Origin: Balanoglossus misakiensis
Taxonomy: Eukaryota > Animalia > Hemichordata
Direction of reading: 5' to 3'
DNA length: 64,000 bases
NCBI GenBank assembly: GCA_040954595.2
Contig: CM082584.2
Location: forward strand, 1,829,344-1,893,343
Shown: positions 45,001-55,198 of the stretch, one piece after another
Position numbering within the stretch: the first letter of the stretch is position 1
Layout: each line of letters begins with the position of its first letter
Program-made: the position numbers and the translations under genes
Notes under the pieces: model-generated
Database searches by the model: none
What the model was told of the DNA's origin: nothing
What the model saw: the letters and a program-made list of their open reading frames with translations, nothing else

Positions 45001-48000
45001 TTTGTCATTTTTTGATAATTTTCACCTATGATTTTTTTCAAAAAAAGACAAAATTTTGAGATTTTGCGAAGTCGAAAATTTTTCATTTTTTGATGATTTT
45101 CACCCATGATTTTTTTCAAAAATCGACGAAATTTTGAGATTTTGCAAAGTCGAAAATTTGTCATTTTTTGATGATTTTCACCCATGATTTTTTTCAAAAT
45201 TGACGAAATTTTGAGATTTTGCAAAGTCGAAAATTTGTCATTTTTTGATGATTTTCACCTATGATTTTTTTCAAAAATCGACGAAATGTTGAGATTTTGC
45301 AAAGTCGAAAATTTGTCATTTTTTGATGATTTTCACCAATGTTGTTTTTAAAAAATCGACGAACCCATGATTTTTTTCAAAATCGACGAAATTTTGAGAT
45401 TTTGCAAAGTCGAAAATTTGTAATTTTTTGATAATTTTCACCTATGATTTTTTTCAAAAAAAGACAAAATTTTGAGATTTTGCAAAGTCGAAAATTTGTC
45501 ATTTTTTGATGATTTTCACCAATGTTGTTTTTAAAAAATCGACGAACCCATGATTTTTTTCAAAAAAAGACAAAATTTTGAGATTTTGCAAAGTCGAAAA
45601 TTTGTCATTTTTTGATGATTTTCACCAATGTTGTCTTTAAAAAATCGACGAACCCATGATTTTTTTCAAAATCGACGAAATTTTGAGATTTTGCAAAGTC
45701 GAAAATTTTGTCAATTTTGATGATTTTCACCCATGATTTTTTCAAAAATTGACGAAATTTTGAGATTTTGCAAAGTCGAAAATTTGTCATTTTTTGATGA
45801 TTTTCACCCATGATTTTTTTAAAAAATCGACGAAATTTTGAGATTTTGCAAAGTCGAAAATCTGTCATTTTTTGATGATTTTCACCCATGTTTTTTTTAA
45901 AAAAATCGACGAACCTATGATTTTTTTCAAAATCGACGAAATTGTGTGATTTTGCAAACTCGAAAATGTTGTCATTTTTTGATGATTTTCAACCATGATT
46001 TTTTTTCAAAAATCGACGAAATTTTGAGATTTTGCAAAGTTGAAAATTTTGTCATTTTTTGATGATTTTCACCCATGATTTTTTCAAAAATTGATGAAAT
46101 TTTGAGATTTTGCAAAGTCGAAAATTTGTCATTTTTTGATGATTTTCACCCATGATTTTTTTCAAAATTGACGAAATTTTGAGATTTTGCAAAGTCGAAA
46201 ATTTGTCATTTTTTGATGATTTTCACCTATGATTTTTTTCAAAAATCGACGAAATGTTGAGATTTTGCAAAGTCGAAAATTTGTCATTTTTTGATGATTT
46301 TCACCAATGTTGTTTTTAAAAAATCGACGAACCCATGATTTTTTTCAAAATCGACGAAATTTTGAGATTTTGCAAAGTCGAAAATTTGTAATTTTTTGAT
46401 AATTTTCACCTATGATTTTTTTCAAAAAAAGACAAAATTTTGAGATTTTGCAAAGTCGAAAATTTGTCATTTTTTGATGATTTTCATCAATGTTGTGTTT
46501 AAAAAATCGACGAACCCATGATTTTTTTCAAAAAAAGACCAAATTTTGAGATTTTGCAAAGTCGAAAATTTGTCATTTTTTGATGATTTTCACCAATGTT
46601 GTCTTTAAAAAATCGACGAACCCATGATTTTTTTCAAAATCGACGAAATTTTGAGATTTTGCAAAGTCGAAAATTTTGTCAATTTTGATGATTTTCACCC
46701 ATGATTTTTTCAAAAATTGACGAAATTTTGAGATTTTGCAAAGTCGAAAATTTGTCATTTTTTGATGATTTTCACCCATGATTTTTTTAAAAAATCGACG
46801 AAATTTTGAGATTTTGCAAAGTCGAAAATCTGTCATTTTTTGATGATTTTCACCCATGTTTTTTTTAAAAAAATCGACGAACCTATGATTTTTTTCAAAA
46901 TCGACGAAATTGTGTGATTTTGCAAACTCGAAAATGTTGTCATTTTTTGATGATTTTCAACCATGATTTTTTTTCAAAAATCGACGAAATTTTGAGATTT
47001 TGCAAAGTTGAAAATTTTGTCATTTTTTGATGATTTTCACCCATGATTTTTTCAAAAATTGATGAAATTTTGAGATTTTGCAAAGTCGAAAATTTGTCAT
47101 TTTTTGATGATTTTCACCCATGATTTTTTTTCAAAAATGGACGAAATTTTGAGCTTTTGCAAAGTCGAAAATTTGTCATTTTTTGATGATTTTCACCTAT
47201 GATTTTTTTCAAAAATCGACGAAATGTTGAGATTTTGCAAAGTCGAAAATTTGTCATTTTTTGATGATTTTCACCCATGATTTTTTTCAAAAATCGACGA
47301 AATTTTGAGATTTTGCAAAGTCGAAAATTTGTCATTTTTTGATGATTTTCACCAATGTTGTTTTTAAAAAATCGACGAACCCATGATTTTTTTTCAAAAT
47401 CGACGAAATTTTGAGATTTTGCAAAGTCGAAAATTTGTCATTTTTTGATGATTTTCAACCATTATTTTTTTTCAAAAATCGACGAAATTTTGAGATTTTG
47501 CAAAGTTGAAAATTTTGTCATTTTTTGATGATTTTCACCCATGATTTTTTCAAAAATTGATGAAATTTTGAGATTTTGCAAAGTCGAAAATTTGTCATTT
47601 TTTGATGATTTTCACCCATGATTTTTTTTCAAAAATGGACGAAATTTTGAGCTTTTGCAAAGTCGAAAATTTGTCATTTTTTGATGATTTTCACCTATGA
47701 TTTTTTTCAAAAATCGACGAAATGTTGAGATTTTGCAAAGTCGAAAATTTGTCATTTTTTGATGATTTTCACCCATGATTTTTTTCAAAAATCGACGAAA
47801 TTTTGAGATTTTGCAAAGTCGAAAATTTGTCATTTTTTGATGATTTTCACCAATGTTGTTTTTAAAAAATCGACGAACCCATGATTTTTTTCAAAATCGA
47901 CGAAATTTTGAGATTTTGCAAAGTCGAAAATTTGTCATTTTTTGATGATTTTCACCCATGATTTTTTTTCAAAAATGGACAAAATTTTGAGCTTTTGCAA

Positions 48001-48951
48001 AGTCGAAAATTTGTCATTTTTTGATGATTTTCACCTATGATTTTTTTCAAAAATCGACGAAATGTTGAGATTTTGCAAAGTCGAAAATTTGTCATTTTTT
48101 GATGATTTTCACCCATGATTTTTTTCAAAAATCGACGAAATTTTGAGATTTTGCAAAGTCGAAAATTTGTCATTTTTTGATGATTTTCACCCATGATTTT
48201 TTTTCACAAATCGACGAAATTTTGAGATTTTGCAGTCCTAAATTTGTCATTTTTAATGATTTTCCTCTATGTTTTTTTTTCACAAATCGACGAAATTTTG
48301 AGATTTTGCAGTCCTAAATTTGTCATTTTTAATGATTTTCCTCCATGATTTTTTTTCACAAATCGACGAAATTTTGAGATTTTGCAGTCGAAAATTTGTC
48401 ATTTTTTGATGATTTTCCCCCATGATTTTTTTCAAAAATCGACGAAATTTTGAGATTTTGCAAAGTCGAAAATTTGTCATTTTTTGATGATTTTCACCCA
48501 TGTTTTTTTTAAAAAAATCGACGTACCTATGATTTTTTTCAAAATCGACGAAATTGTGTGATTTTGCAAACTCGAAAATTTTGTCATTTTTTGATGATTT
48601 TCAACCATGATTTTTTTTCAAAAATCGACGAAATTTTGAGATTTTGCAAAGTTGAAAATTTTGTCATTTTTTGATGATTTTCACCCATGATTTTTTCAAA
48701 AATGGATGAAATTTTGAGATTTTGCAAAGTCGAAAATTTGTCATTTTTTGATGATTTTCACCCATGATTTTTTTTCAAAAATGGACGAAATTTTGAGCTT
48801 TTGCAAAGTCGAAAATTTGTCATTTTTTGATGATTTTCACCCATGATTTTTTTTCACAAATCGACGAAATTTTGAGATTTTGCAGTCGTAAATTTGTCAT
48901 TTTTAATGATTTTCCTCCATGATTTTTTTTCAAAAATCGACGAAATTTTGA
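1..48951. repeat. Tandem satellite array 1, ~78-bp monomer (77-79 bp) with interspersed ~106-bp variants; runs off the left edge of the window
   Basis: Consensus ttttcacccatgatttttttcaaaaatcgacgaaattttgagattttgcaaagtcgaaaatttgtcattttttgatga is repeated head-to-tail in one orientation throughout. The 26-aa period of the minus-strand ORFs (MGENHQKMTNFRLCKISKFRRFLKKI) equals 78 bp. The array ends abruptly at cgaaattttga|cctctt (48951). Confidence 0.99.
33050..43330. repeat. 5364-bp tandem block duplication (higher-order repeat) inside satellite 1; boundaries approximate
   Basis: Identical ORF-track peptides recur at a constant 5364-bp offset (33175/38539, 34519/39883, 35032/40396, 35851/41215, 36390/41754, 37053/42417, 37594/42958). 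Rare variants such as ttcagaaatc (~36486/41850) and gctaagtcg (~36591/41955) are shared at the same offset. Confidence 0.9.
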
Positions 48952-49377
48952 CCTCTTACATACCTCATGGAGGACATGCTGAAAACGAAGTTATCAGTAG
49001 TTTCCAGGAAACCAACTGTTCCTGTTAACCCATTCAGCCCGCGAACGAACTTGAATTTACTTTTTTTTCTCAACAATTTTCAGAAATTACACGCTGTACA
49101 AAAGTTCTTTTTAATTACCTTTCATTTGAAATAAACATGTAATGTACAAACGTGTATATTGTGCGTGTACTGGGACGCTGCGTTGTTACCGTCCATCCTA
49201 CACATGCACGTACGTGAATAGGGGGGCGCAGATCGCTTGGCGCAAAGGGTGGCGCAGAATGCATGGTGCAAACACATGGCGCAGAGTTCCCTTTTATGAA
49301 AATGCGCCTGGCGCAGAACCTGGTGCAGACTACCGAGTTTTGACCTCTTACATACCTCATGGAGGACATGCTGAAAA
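48946..49377 (+). repeat. Perfect 40-bp direct repeat (48946-48985 and 49338-49377) enclosing a 352-bp unique segment
   Basis: ttttgacctcttacatacctcatggaggacatgctgaaaa is present twice with no mismatch. Confidence 0.95.
49225..49329 (+). repeat. Cluster of seven GG(C/T)GCA(G/A)A motifs
   Basis: Copies start at 49225, 49239, 49251, 49265, 49278, 49310 and 49322; spacing is mostly 12-14 bp. Confidence 0.7.
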
Positions 49378-49722
49378 AATGCCACTCCATATTGGCTCCC
49401 CATGCAGATTTCAGAAGACACCAAAGTCAACCTGGCAACCAGCTACGGTGATTGACAAGTCGTCTGCTGGCAGATACACCATCCGGACCCCGGAGGGAGT
49501 TCAATATCAGCATGATTTAGTTCATGTAAAGCCCACGCACCAACCGCACCACAATGCAGCATCCAGCCGCACTGCAACTGATGAAACATGGATCGCCAGC
49601 CAGATGTCAGATGTGCACTCAAGGCAGACACCGCTCAAGAAACACTTGCTCCTTGTTCTGTGGATCGCCCAAAGCGGAACAGTAAACTACCGAGCAAATT
49701 CGATGATTTTGTACTCTCGTGA
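49360..49722 (+). pseudogene. Ty3/Gypsy-like pol C-terminal fragment (post-integrase-core SH3-like tail), frameshifted and 5'-truncated
   Basis: The translation PLHIGSPCRFQKTPKSTWQPATVIDKSSAGRYTIRTPEGVQYQHDLVHVKPT matches the typical metazoan Gypsy integrase tail pattern (L..G..V....W.PA.V......Y.V....G..Y.R...HL.P). A second frame ends RPKRNSKLPSKFDDFVLS* (TGA 49720-49722), a typical pol terminus. Confidence 0.8.
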
Positions 49723-49973
49723 ATCACCAGAGACCATTAGTTGTTGATGTTGCATTCTTGTTAAAACATTTCACAAAGCTGAAAATCTTGCAGTACATTT
49801 CACAGTGTTGGTGTTATTCCCAGTGTCAAAACTTTAGCGTTATTTGAACATTACAATGAACACTGTTTGCATGAATTCATAGACTGATAGGAACTCTCAG
49901 TTGATAGAACATTATGGACTCTGTGTCTGAACATTTATCGCAATACACTTTTCACAAGTTTGCTATCCAGCTT

Positions 49974-49984
49974 AAGGAGGGGGA
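49974..49984 (+). other. Polypurine tract (PPT) of the Gypsy element
   Basis: aaggaggggga lies immediately before the TG of the LTR. Confidence 0.85.
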
Positions 49985-50215
49985 TGTTATGATATGCCTA
50001 TAACCCACTATAGCATATCACATGCAATGCTTTGATAGAGCGCCCTCTAGCAGAGTTTATATGACATTGTAAGGTCATGTTTTTTCCCTGCGTTCATGGC
50101 TGCCATCTTGTACTAGCAGAACGTACAGTTGTTGTGTTCGTGTTCCAGTTGAAGTTTCTCATTAAAAGAGTTACACAAAACGTTACCTGATCTCACCGAG
50201 TCAGTAAACATAACA
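49985..50215 (+). mobile_element. 3' LTR (231 bp) of a Ty3/Gypsy-like retrotransposon
   Basis: Starts TGTTATG and ends CATAACA (7-bp perfect inverted termini). It directly follows the PPT, has an ATTAAA poly(A)-like signal at 50161-50166, and lies downstream of the pol tail. No second LTR copy is in the window. Confidence 0.85.
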
Positions 50216-51169
50216 GTGTCCAAATGAAAAGATACATCTGCGTCTAAGTCAAATTGCAAAAAGGTGTCAAAAGTGACAAATCTTATCATGTATGTCATCG
50301 AACTCAAACAATAAAATCTTCCTTTCATGTGACCTGCCTGGTTAAAGTTTACTGACAACATTTCTCCATGTTTTACCCACCCCAGACACAGTGTGACAAA
50401 TCCAATATTTGATACAGTGAATGAACCTTGAAGTTTCCCAATCGGTACTACCCCAAAACCTCACTGCAAGCTAAATGTGGAATGTGGATGGGGTGGGGAG
50501 TTGAAGCTAACCTAACATATAGTCGTTTAGATTTAACATTATGCGTGCGAGTTACGTGTTAATATTTTCTGCATGTCTGCCGCGTACAGTGTGTCGGTGC
50601 GTGAAAATGATCACAGGTACCATTCCGAAGAATTCCACTGAATCATGATGACGATGTGCATGGAAAAATCCTGATTATGAACTATCTGAGAAACAATAGC
50701 ATGTTATTCATAAAATATACACATTAACCAATGAACGAACCATCATGATGAGTATACCCCGACACTTATTTAAGCTTTTATTATTATACCTTTGTCATTA
50801 CTATCAATATTTACAGCCTGTACACCAAAGCTATCACCACATTTGTTAACCTTTATTACACCATTCACATAAAACCCTTCACCATCATTAAAAGGTATGT
50901 AAGGGTGTCGAAAATACAATAGTGAGGGGCCAAAGTGCGGGACATGCACAGTGCAATTATCTTTATTATACTCATTGTTTGGCCCATTATAATCTGTGTA
51001 CACTCAATTTTACCGCAAACCATCACCACATTTGTTAACTGTTTATTAAACCCTTCCACGTGTGTTGCCCATTATTATACCATTCACATTTGTAAACCAA
51101 TCATCATACCCTTCATACAAGCAATTGCTGATTGCTGTTCACCCTTGTGTACCACAAGCCATCATCACG

Positions 51170-52095
51170 AAAAAGGCAACATGAATTTCACATAACACAG
51201 TTTGACAGCTCTGCAAATGAAGTTATCATGACCATTACCTATGCTAATTAAAAATGTTGTGTACATGGCAACATGACCTTAGCCGGCGCTGCGTTATTAA
51301 GCTCACTGTCAGAGTATTAATAAATGTACATGCGTACAAATTAGACAACATCAATATAACATGCACATAACACAGTTTGTCAACTCTGAGAATATTGTTC
51401 TCAGGACCATTTCCCAGGCTAAATAACAATGTTGTGTATGTGTTACAGTTTGGATTCCTTGTCAGATTTCCTATAACACAGTTTGTGAGCCCTGAGAATT
51501 CTCATAAGACAGTTCTCATGAACATTTCCCATGCTCAATAAATGTGTTGCGTGTGGCATAATTATTTTCCCTCTGCTGCGACATTTGTCTCCCTTTTAGA
51601 GTTTAAGTAAATGTGGAGACATGCAAATTAGGCAACATCAATATCCCGTACATAACTCAGTGTGTTTTGTTCACATTTTTGAAAATGAACAAAGGACTTT
51701 CCTATCATTGAGCAACACTCAAAGTTAACAGTTGCTCAATATACAAGGTAACTTTATAGATCACTAAAACCATCTAGCATACCTGGGTACCTAAATGTAG
51801 TGAGAATAAAGCACGTTGAGGTTGGTGCCCCAAACCTTCTTGAAGACAACTGGTTGCTAACAATTGTCAATTAGGCAACTTGAATATCCTACACATAACA
51901 CAGTTTGTCAACTCTGAGAATACTGTTCTTAAGACTATTTCCCATGCTAAATAGAAATGTTGTGCGACAGTATGCGGTAAAATGACATTCCCATACATTG
52001 CCTTATTTAGCTCATAATCAGAATTTCAGTAAATGTAGAGACATGCAAGTTTAGCAGCTTGAATTTCCCATAACACTGTTTGTGAGCTCCGAGAA
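51170..52095. repeat. Old, degenerate ~170-180-bp tandem repeat (about 5 partial copies)
   Basis: The motif string aggcaac..aat..cataacacagtttgt.a.ctctgagaa..tttcccatgctaaata..aatgttgtg recurs near 51174, 51343, 51470, 51630, 51873 and 52053. Example spacing: 51873 to 52053 is 180 bp. Confidence 0.7.
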
Positions 52096-52195
52096 CACTA
52101 CTATCACTAACAAACTAATAAAACAGACACAAGTGTTGGGGGTAAAGGTCAACTATTTTAATTTCTCATGTTGACCGGCTAAATAGCCTGAAAAA
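52094..52195 (-). repeat. Ngaro terminal repeat B2 (102 bp)
   Basis: Matches 52448-52549 with a single mismatch (aactatttta vs aactagttta). Confidence 0.95.
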
Positions 52196-52321
52196 CCGCA
52201 AGAACAGGAATTACAGAATGCAGAGGCGAAGCATGTAACACTAAAAGCGCTTCTAACGATAAAGCTCTTAACTTTTAATAACATTATCGTATTTTTTTAA
52301 ACAATGGGAGGGAGGGTGGGG

Positions 52322-52438
52322 AATGTCCGCTGTCCGTCTGGGCAAAAAAAACCCGAGGTAGCCTCGTCCCAGGACCAACTCCCACATCCTCGATCCCAGC
52401 TCCATTTAAACTCCAATAAAACAAGTGTTATTGTACAC
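52322..52438 (-). repeat. Ngaro internal repeat A2
   Basis: aatgtccgctgtccgtctgggc...cgatcccagctcc plus gttattgtacac matches 56267-56361. Confidence 0.93.
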
Positions 52439-52447
52439 TTAAATGGC

Positions 52448-52549
52448 AACACTACTATCACTAACAAACTAATAAAACAGACACAAGTGTTGGGGGTAAA
52501 GGTCAACTAGTTTAATTTCTCATGTTGACCGGCTAAATAGCCTGAAAAA
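52448..52549 (-). repeat. Ngaro internal repeat B1 (102 bp)
   Basis: Direct repeat of 52094-52195, located just downstream of the recombinase stop and 9 bp from A2. Confidence 0.95.
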
Positions 52550-52596
52550 ACGCCAAACAATACCCCCAACACAGGCAGTGCGTGCTAGCGCCCTTA

Positions 52597-53644
52597 CTAA
52601 TCTGATAAGGCTAACGCCAGGGATTTGGCGACTCTACATTTGGTTTCCGAGGAAATGACAGTATAGCGTTTGAAGGCATTTGAGCTCCAGTCGCCTTGTA
52701 ATTTGATGAGAAGAGGGGGAATACCCAAGTTCACCGCAAATGTTGCCCCTCCCCTGCGAAATGAATGACCCGAATACAGGGATGGTTTGCAGCCACAATT
52801 GCTCAGGACTAGTCTGAGTGTCTTTGTAAACTTTGAATGAGTGAGAACCTGAGGGCAGGATGTGGGTGCATTGACTGATGGTCGATATGAAAATAAATGG
52901 GTATGAGGTTCCTCTGATGGGGAGAGATGAAGCATCTGGTGGAAAGCTGCCACCGGACATAGGCAGGAGTTGGCAATTTGTTGAAGGGGCAACTCTAGTA
53001 CTCGTTGGCCATACTGGATAGTTTTTGTGTGGCGGACCGTAATGGTAGCCAGACCGTTGTGAACGGACACATCATCTCTGCGCAATTACTTACTGGAATT
53101 TGGCAGTGTTTGATCTTTTAACAACAATGTGGACTTTCTGGCGAAGGTGAAAAATGCGAAAAGACAAGCGCACCAAAATGTGGCATTGAAGGGGATTGAC
53201 AGATCCAGGTGTGAGTGAATGTCCTTCAGTATTGAAGGCGAGATTGGCAGTTTTTGGCTGGGTGGGACCCTGTGAGTCCTAGCTATGCCCCGCTTCAAAA
53301 TACAAAGGAGCCAGTTGTTCTCTAAAGGGTTGGCGTAGCCAGCTTCAGCATGTAAGAGTCTAATAATGTTCAAATATCCTGGGAGGCTACTAGGTTTTAG
53401 TGACCGAGCCAGGAAGACAATGTATCTGCAGACGGTGAGTTGCGTGCCGGGCACAGGCCTGAGGCCGAAGTAGAGACAAAACCGGAGGTAGGCAGTACGT
53501 TTGAGAGCTGTATGTTTTCTTTGTTGATTCTGCATATGCTGCGTGCTTGTATTTGCCGATGTCCATATCCAGCTGGTGTAACTGTTGCTGCACAGGCCCT
53601 GAAGTAGAAGAGAGTAAGAAGCATCCGTCATATGGCGATACCAA
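52597..53644 (-). pseudogene. Tyrosine recombinase of the Ngaro element (one frameshift, one premature stop); 5' boundary approximate
   Basis: Reconstructed from three pieces: LDMDIGKYKHAAYAESTKKTYSSQ / extra A at 53500-53502 / RTAYLRFC...LPISPSIL...AFFTFARKS...SSK*(TAA 53086-53088) LRRDDV...HTKTIQ...LCPV...SGHSFRRGGAT...IKLQGDWSSNAFKRY. The catalytic R-K-HxxR-W-Y set is present. Confidence 0.92.
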
Positions 53645-55198
53645 TCTCTTAGCGGGTGTAGCTGGTGATTGGCGAGAAGGTTCACTGCTGTGAAGTAGTG
53701 TTTGGCAGAGTGTAAACGCGATAAGGAGTCTGCGCTGTTGTCCTTGGTGCTCACGTATCGGGCTGTGATGTGGAAATTAAATAGTGCCGACAGCCAGAAC
53801 AACTCGCGAAGCCATTCCATAGCCGCTTTGTTGCGGGATGTACCAGAGTTAATGGCGTACATGGTTGTGGTATTGTCTGTATATACCACTATGTGGCGTT
53901 TGTCCCAGAAACAACACCATCGCCTGCATGCAATCAGGACTGTATACAGTTCCTGTAAGTTGATGTGCATGTCTGCCAAGATAGGGTGGTCGGCCGACCA
54001 CTGTGTATAAAACCAGTCATTCGCGAAAATACCTGCTCCCGCTATTGCGCATGCATCAGTGGTGAAAACCTGTTGGGGCAACGGAGTCTCCTCAATGAAG
54101 AAAGCCGTACCATTGAAAATTTTGCTCAGATTTGTCCACCATTGGATGTCCGCTCTCGCGTGCCTGTGAAGGCGTATGTGGTGAGACTGCTGTGAAACTG
54201 AGTTTGACAAGTCAATAAGACGTCTCAAAAATGTGCGTCCGCCGCGAATAACCCGTGCTGCCCAGTTGAGTTTGCCAAGTAGTTGTTGGAGTTCGCGTTT
54301 GGTTGTTCGCCGCTTAGGAAGCCAGTGTTGCAAAAGGTCGCTCAAGTCCTGTAATTTGCCCTTATTGAGGGAAAGCGTCCGTGTGCGTGCATTTATCTCT
54401 ATGCCAAGAAATGTCAGCTGCTGTGTTGGGTTTACCACTTTGTCCCAGTTTATTGTGAAGCCAAGGTTCTGTAAAAGTTGTAATAAAGCCAGAAATGCTT
54501 GCTCGCAAGCAAATTTGGAGTCCGCTATAATCAGAAAATCATCAAGATAAACAATTACCGCCTGGTACCCTTTTCTGCACATCATTCTGGTGACGCTTTG
54601 CGTTATGCGGGTGAAAATTTCTGGGCTTTTGGCTGCCCCGAATGGTAGCCTGGTGTCCACCATATAAGTAGAGGTATTCTGTCCTGAAAATTTGTAGCGG
54701 AGACCTGTAGCTCGCTGCGAGTCCGTGCTTATAGGGACCGAACGGTACGCTGACTTCAAGTCCACTTTCGCGAGATATGAACCAACTTTGCACAGTTGCA
54801 CCGCGTGATCTATAGTTTCATATTTAAAAGTTGAAGTAGAAGCGTACGCGTTGACACCGCCTCCTACTGGGCGGCTGCAGTCGTGTATGAGTCTGACTTT
54901 GTCAGAGTTTTTCTTGGGGATGGCACCTAAACTGCTAATTATTTGAGGCTTCTCCGCTGTGACACGGTAATTACCCACATCAACCTCATGGATAATTTGT
55001 TCCTCGACTGCCTTGCGATTAGCAGGGTCAGAGCATGACGCATAGTTTTTTTCTGTCCACGTTTTGAAGGGGGGTACCAGGGGTAATGATATCGAAACCA
55101 AATTTTAAACCGTTGAGTATGAAGTCGCGATCCATGTCATTTTCCAGTTCATCATTCCACGTTGCCAGGTGATCAGTAAGAGGGCTAGCAACCTTATC
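53397..55198 (-). pseudogene. Reverse transcriptase / RNase H ORF of the Ngaro element
   Basis: RT motifs are RLIHDCS, KVDLKSAY, RLPFG, YLDDFL and FLGIEI; RNase H motifs are FTTDAC, INLQEL, YTDN and NSADSLSR. The N-terminus (WNDELENDMDRDFILNGLKFGFDII) is in a different frame, joined by removing one base from the A7 run at 55046-55052. The 671-aa ORF in the track is an RT-YR fusion created by the frameshift at ~53500; once corrected, the RT frame stops at 53397. Confidence 0.93.

Noticed and set aside
106-48501. Dozens of 60-130-aa K/F-rich ORFs (MGENHQKMTNFRLCKISKFRRFLKKI repeats)
   Set aside because: 78 bp is a multiple of 3 and some frames happen to lack stops. The ORFs are broken at random by homopolymer indels and show no sign of coding constraint.
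1-48951. CRISPR-like array or CENP-B box in satellite 1
   Set aside because: Units are contiguous with no unique spacers and there are no cas genes. No TTCG....A..CGGG motif is seen.
49142-49747. 201-aa ORF as an intact gene
   Set aside because: It is a chance read-through from the unrelated 352-bp segment into the Gypsy integrase tail. The true pol terminus is in another frame.
50216-51170. Short ORFs and an 18-bp repeat (atcaccacatttgttaac at 50833 and 51022)
   Set aside because: No recognisable protein motifs. The repeat is real but too short and degenerate to assign, and is probably decayed repeat DNA.
52597-53085. Phage integrase, prophage or bacterial retron/DGR system
   Set aside because: The recombinase and RT are DIRS/Ngaro-type, sit with a gag-like ORF inside split direct repeats, and lie in eukaryotic satellite context.
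53086-55101. 671-aa natural RT-RNaseH-recombinase fusion protein
   Set aside because: The fusion results from one extra A at 53500-53502. Removing it restores separate overlapping RT/RH and YR ORFs, the normal arrangement for this order.
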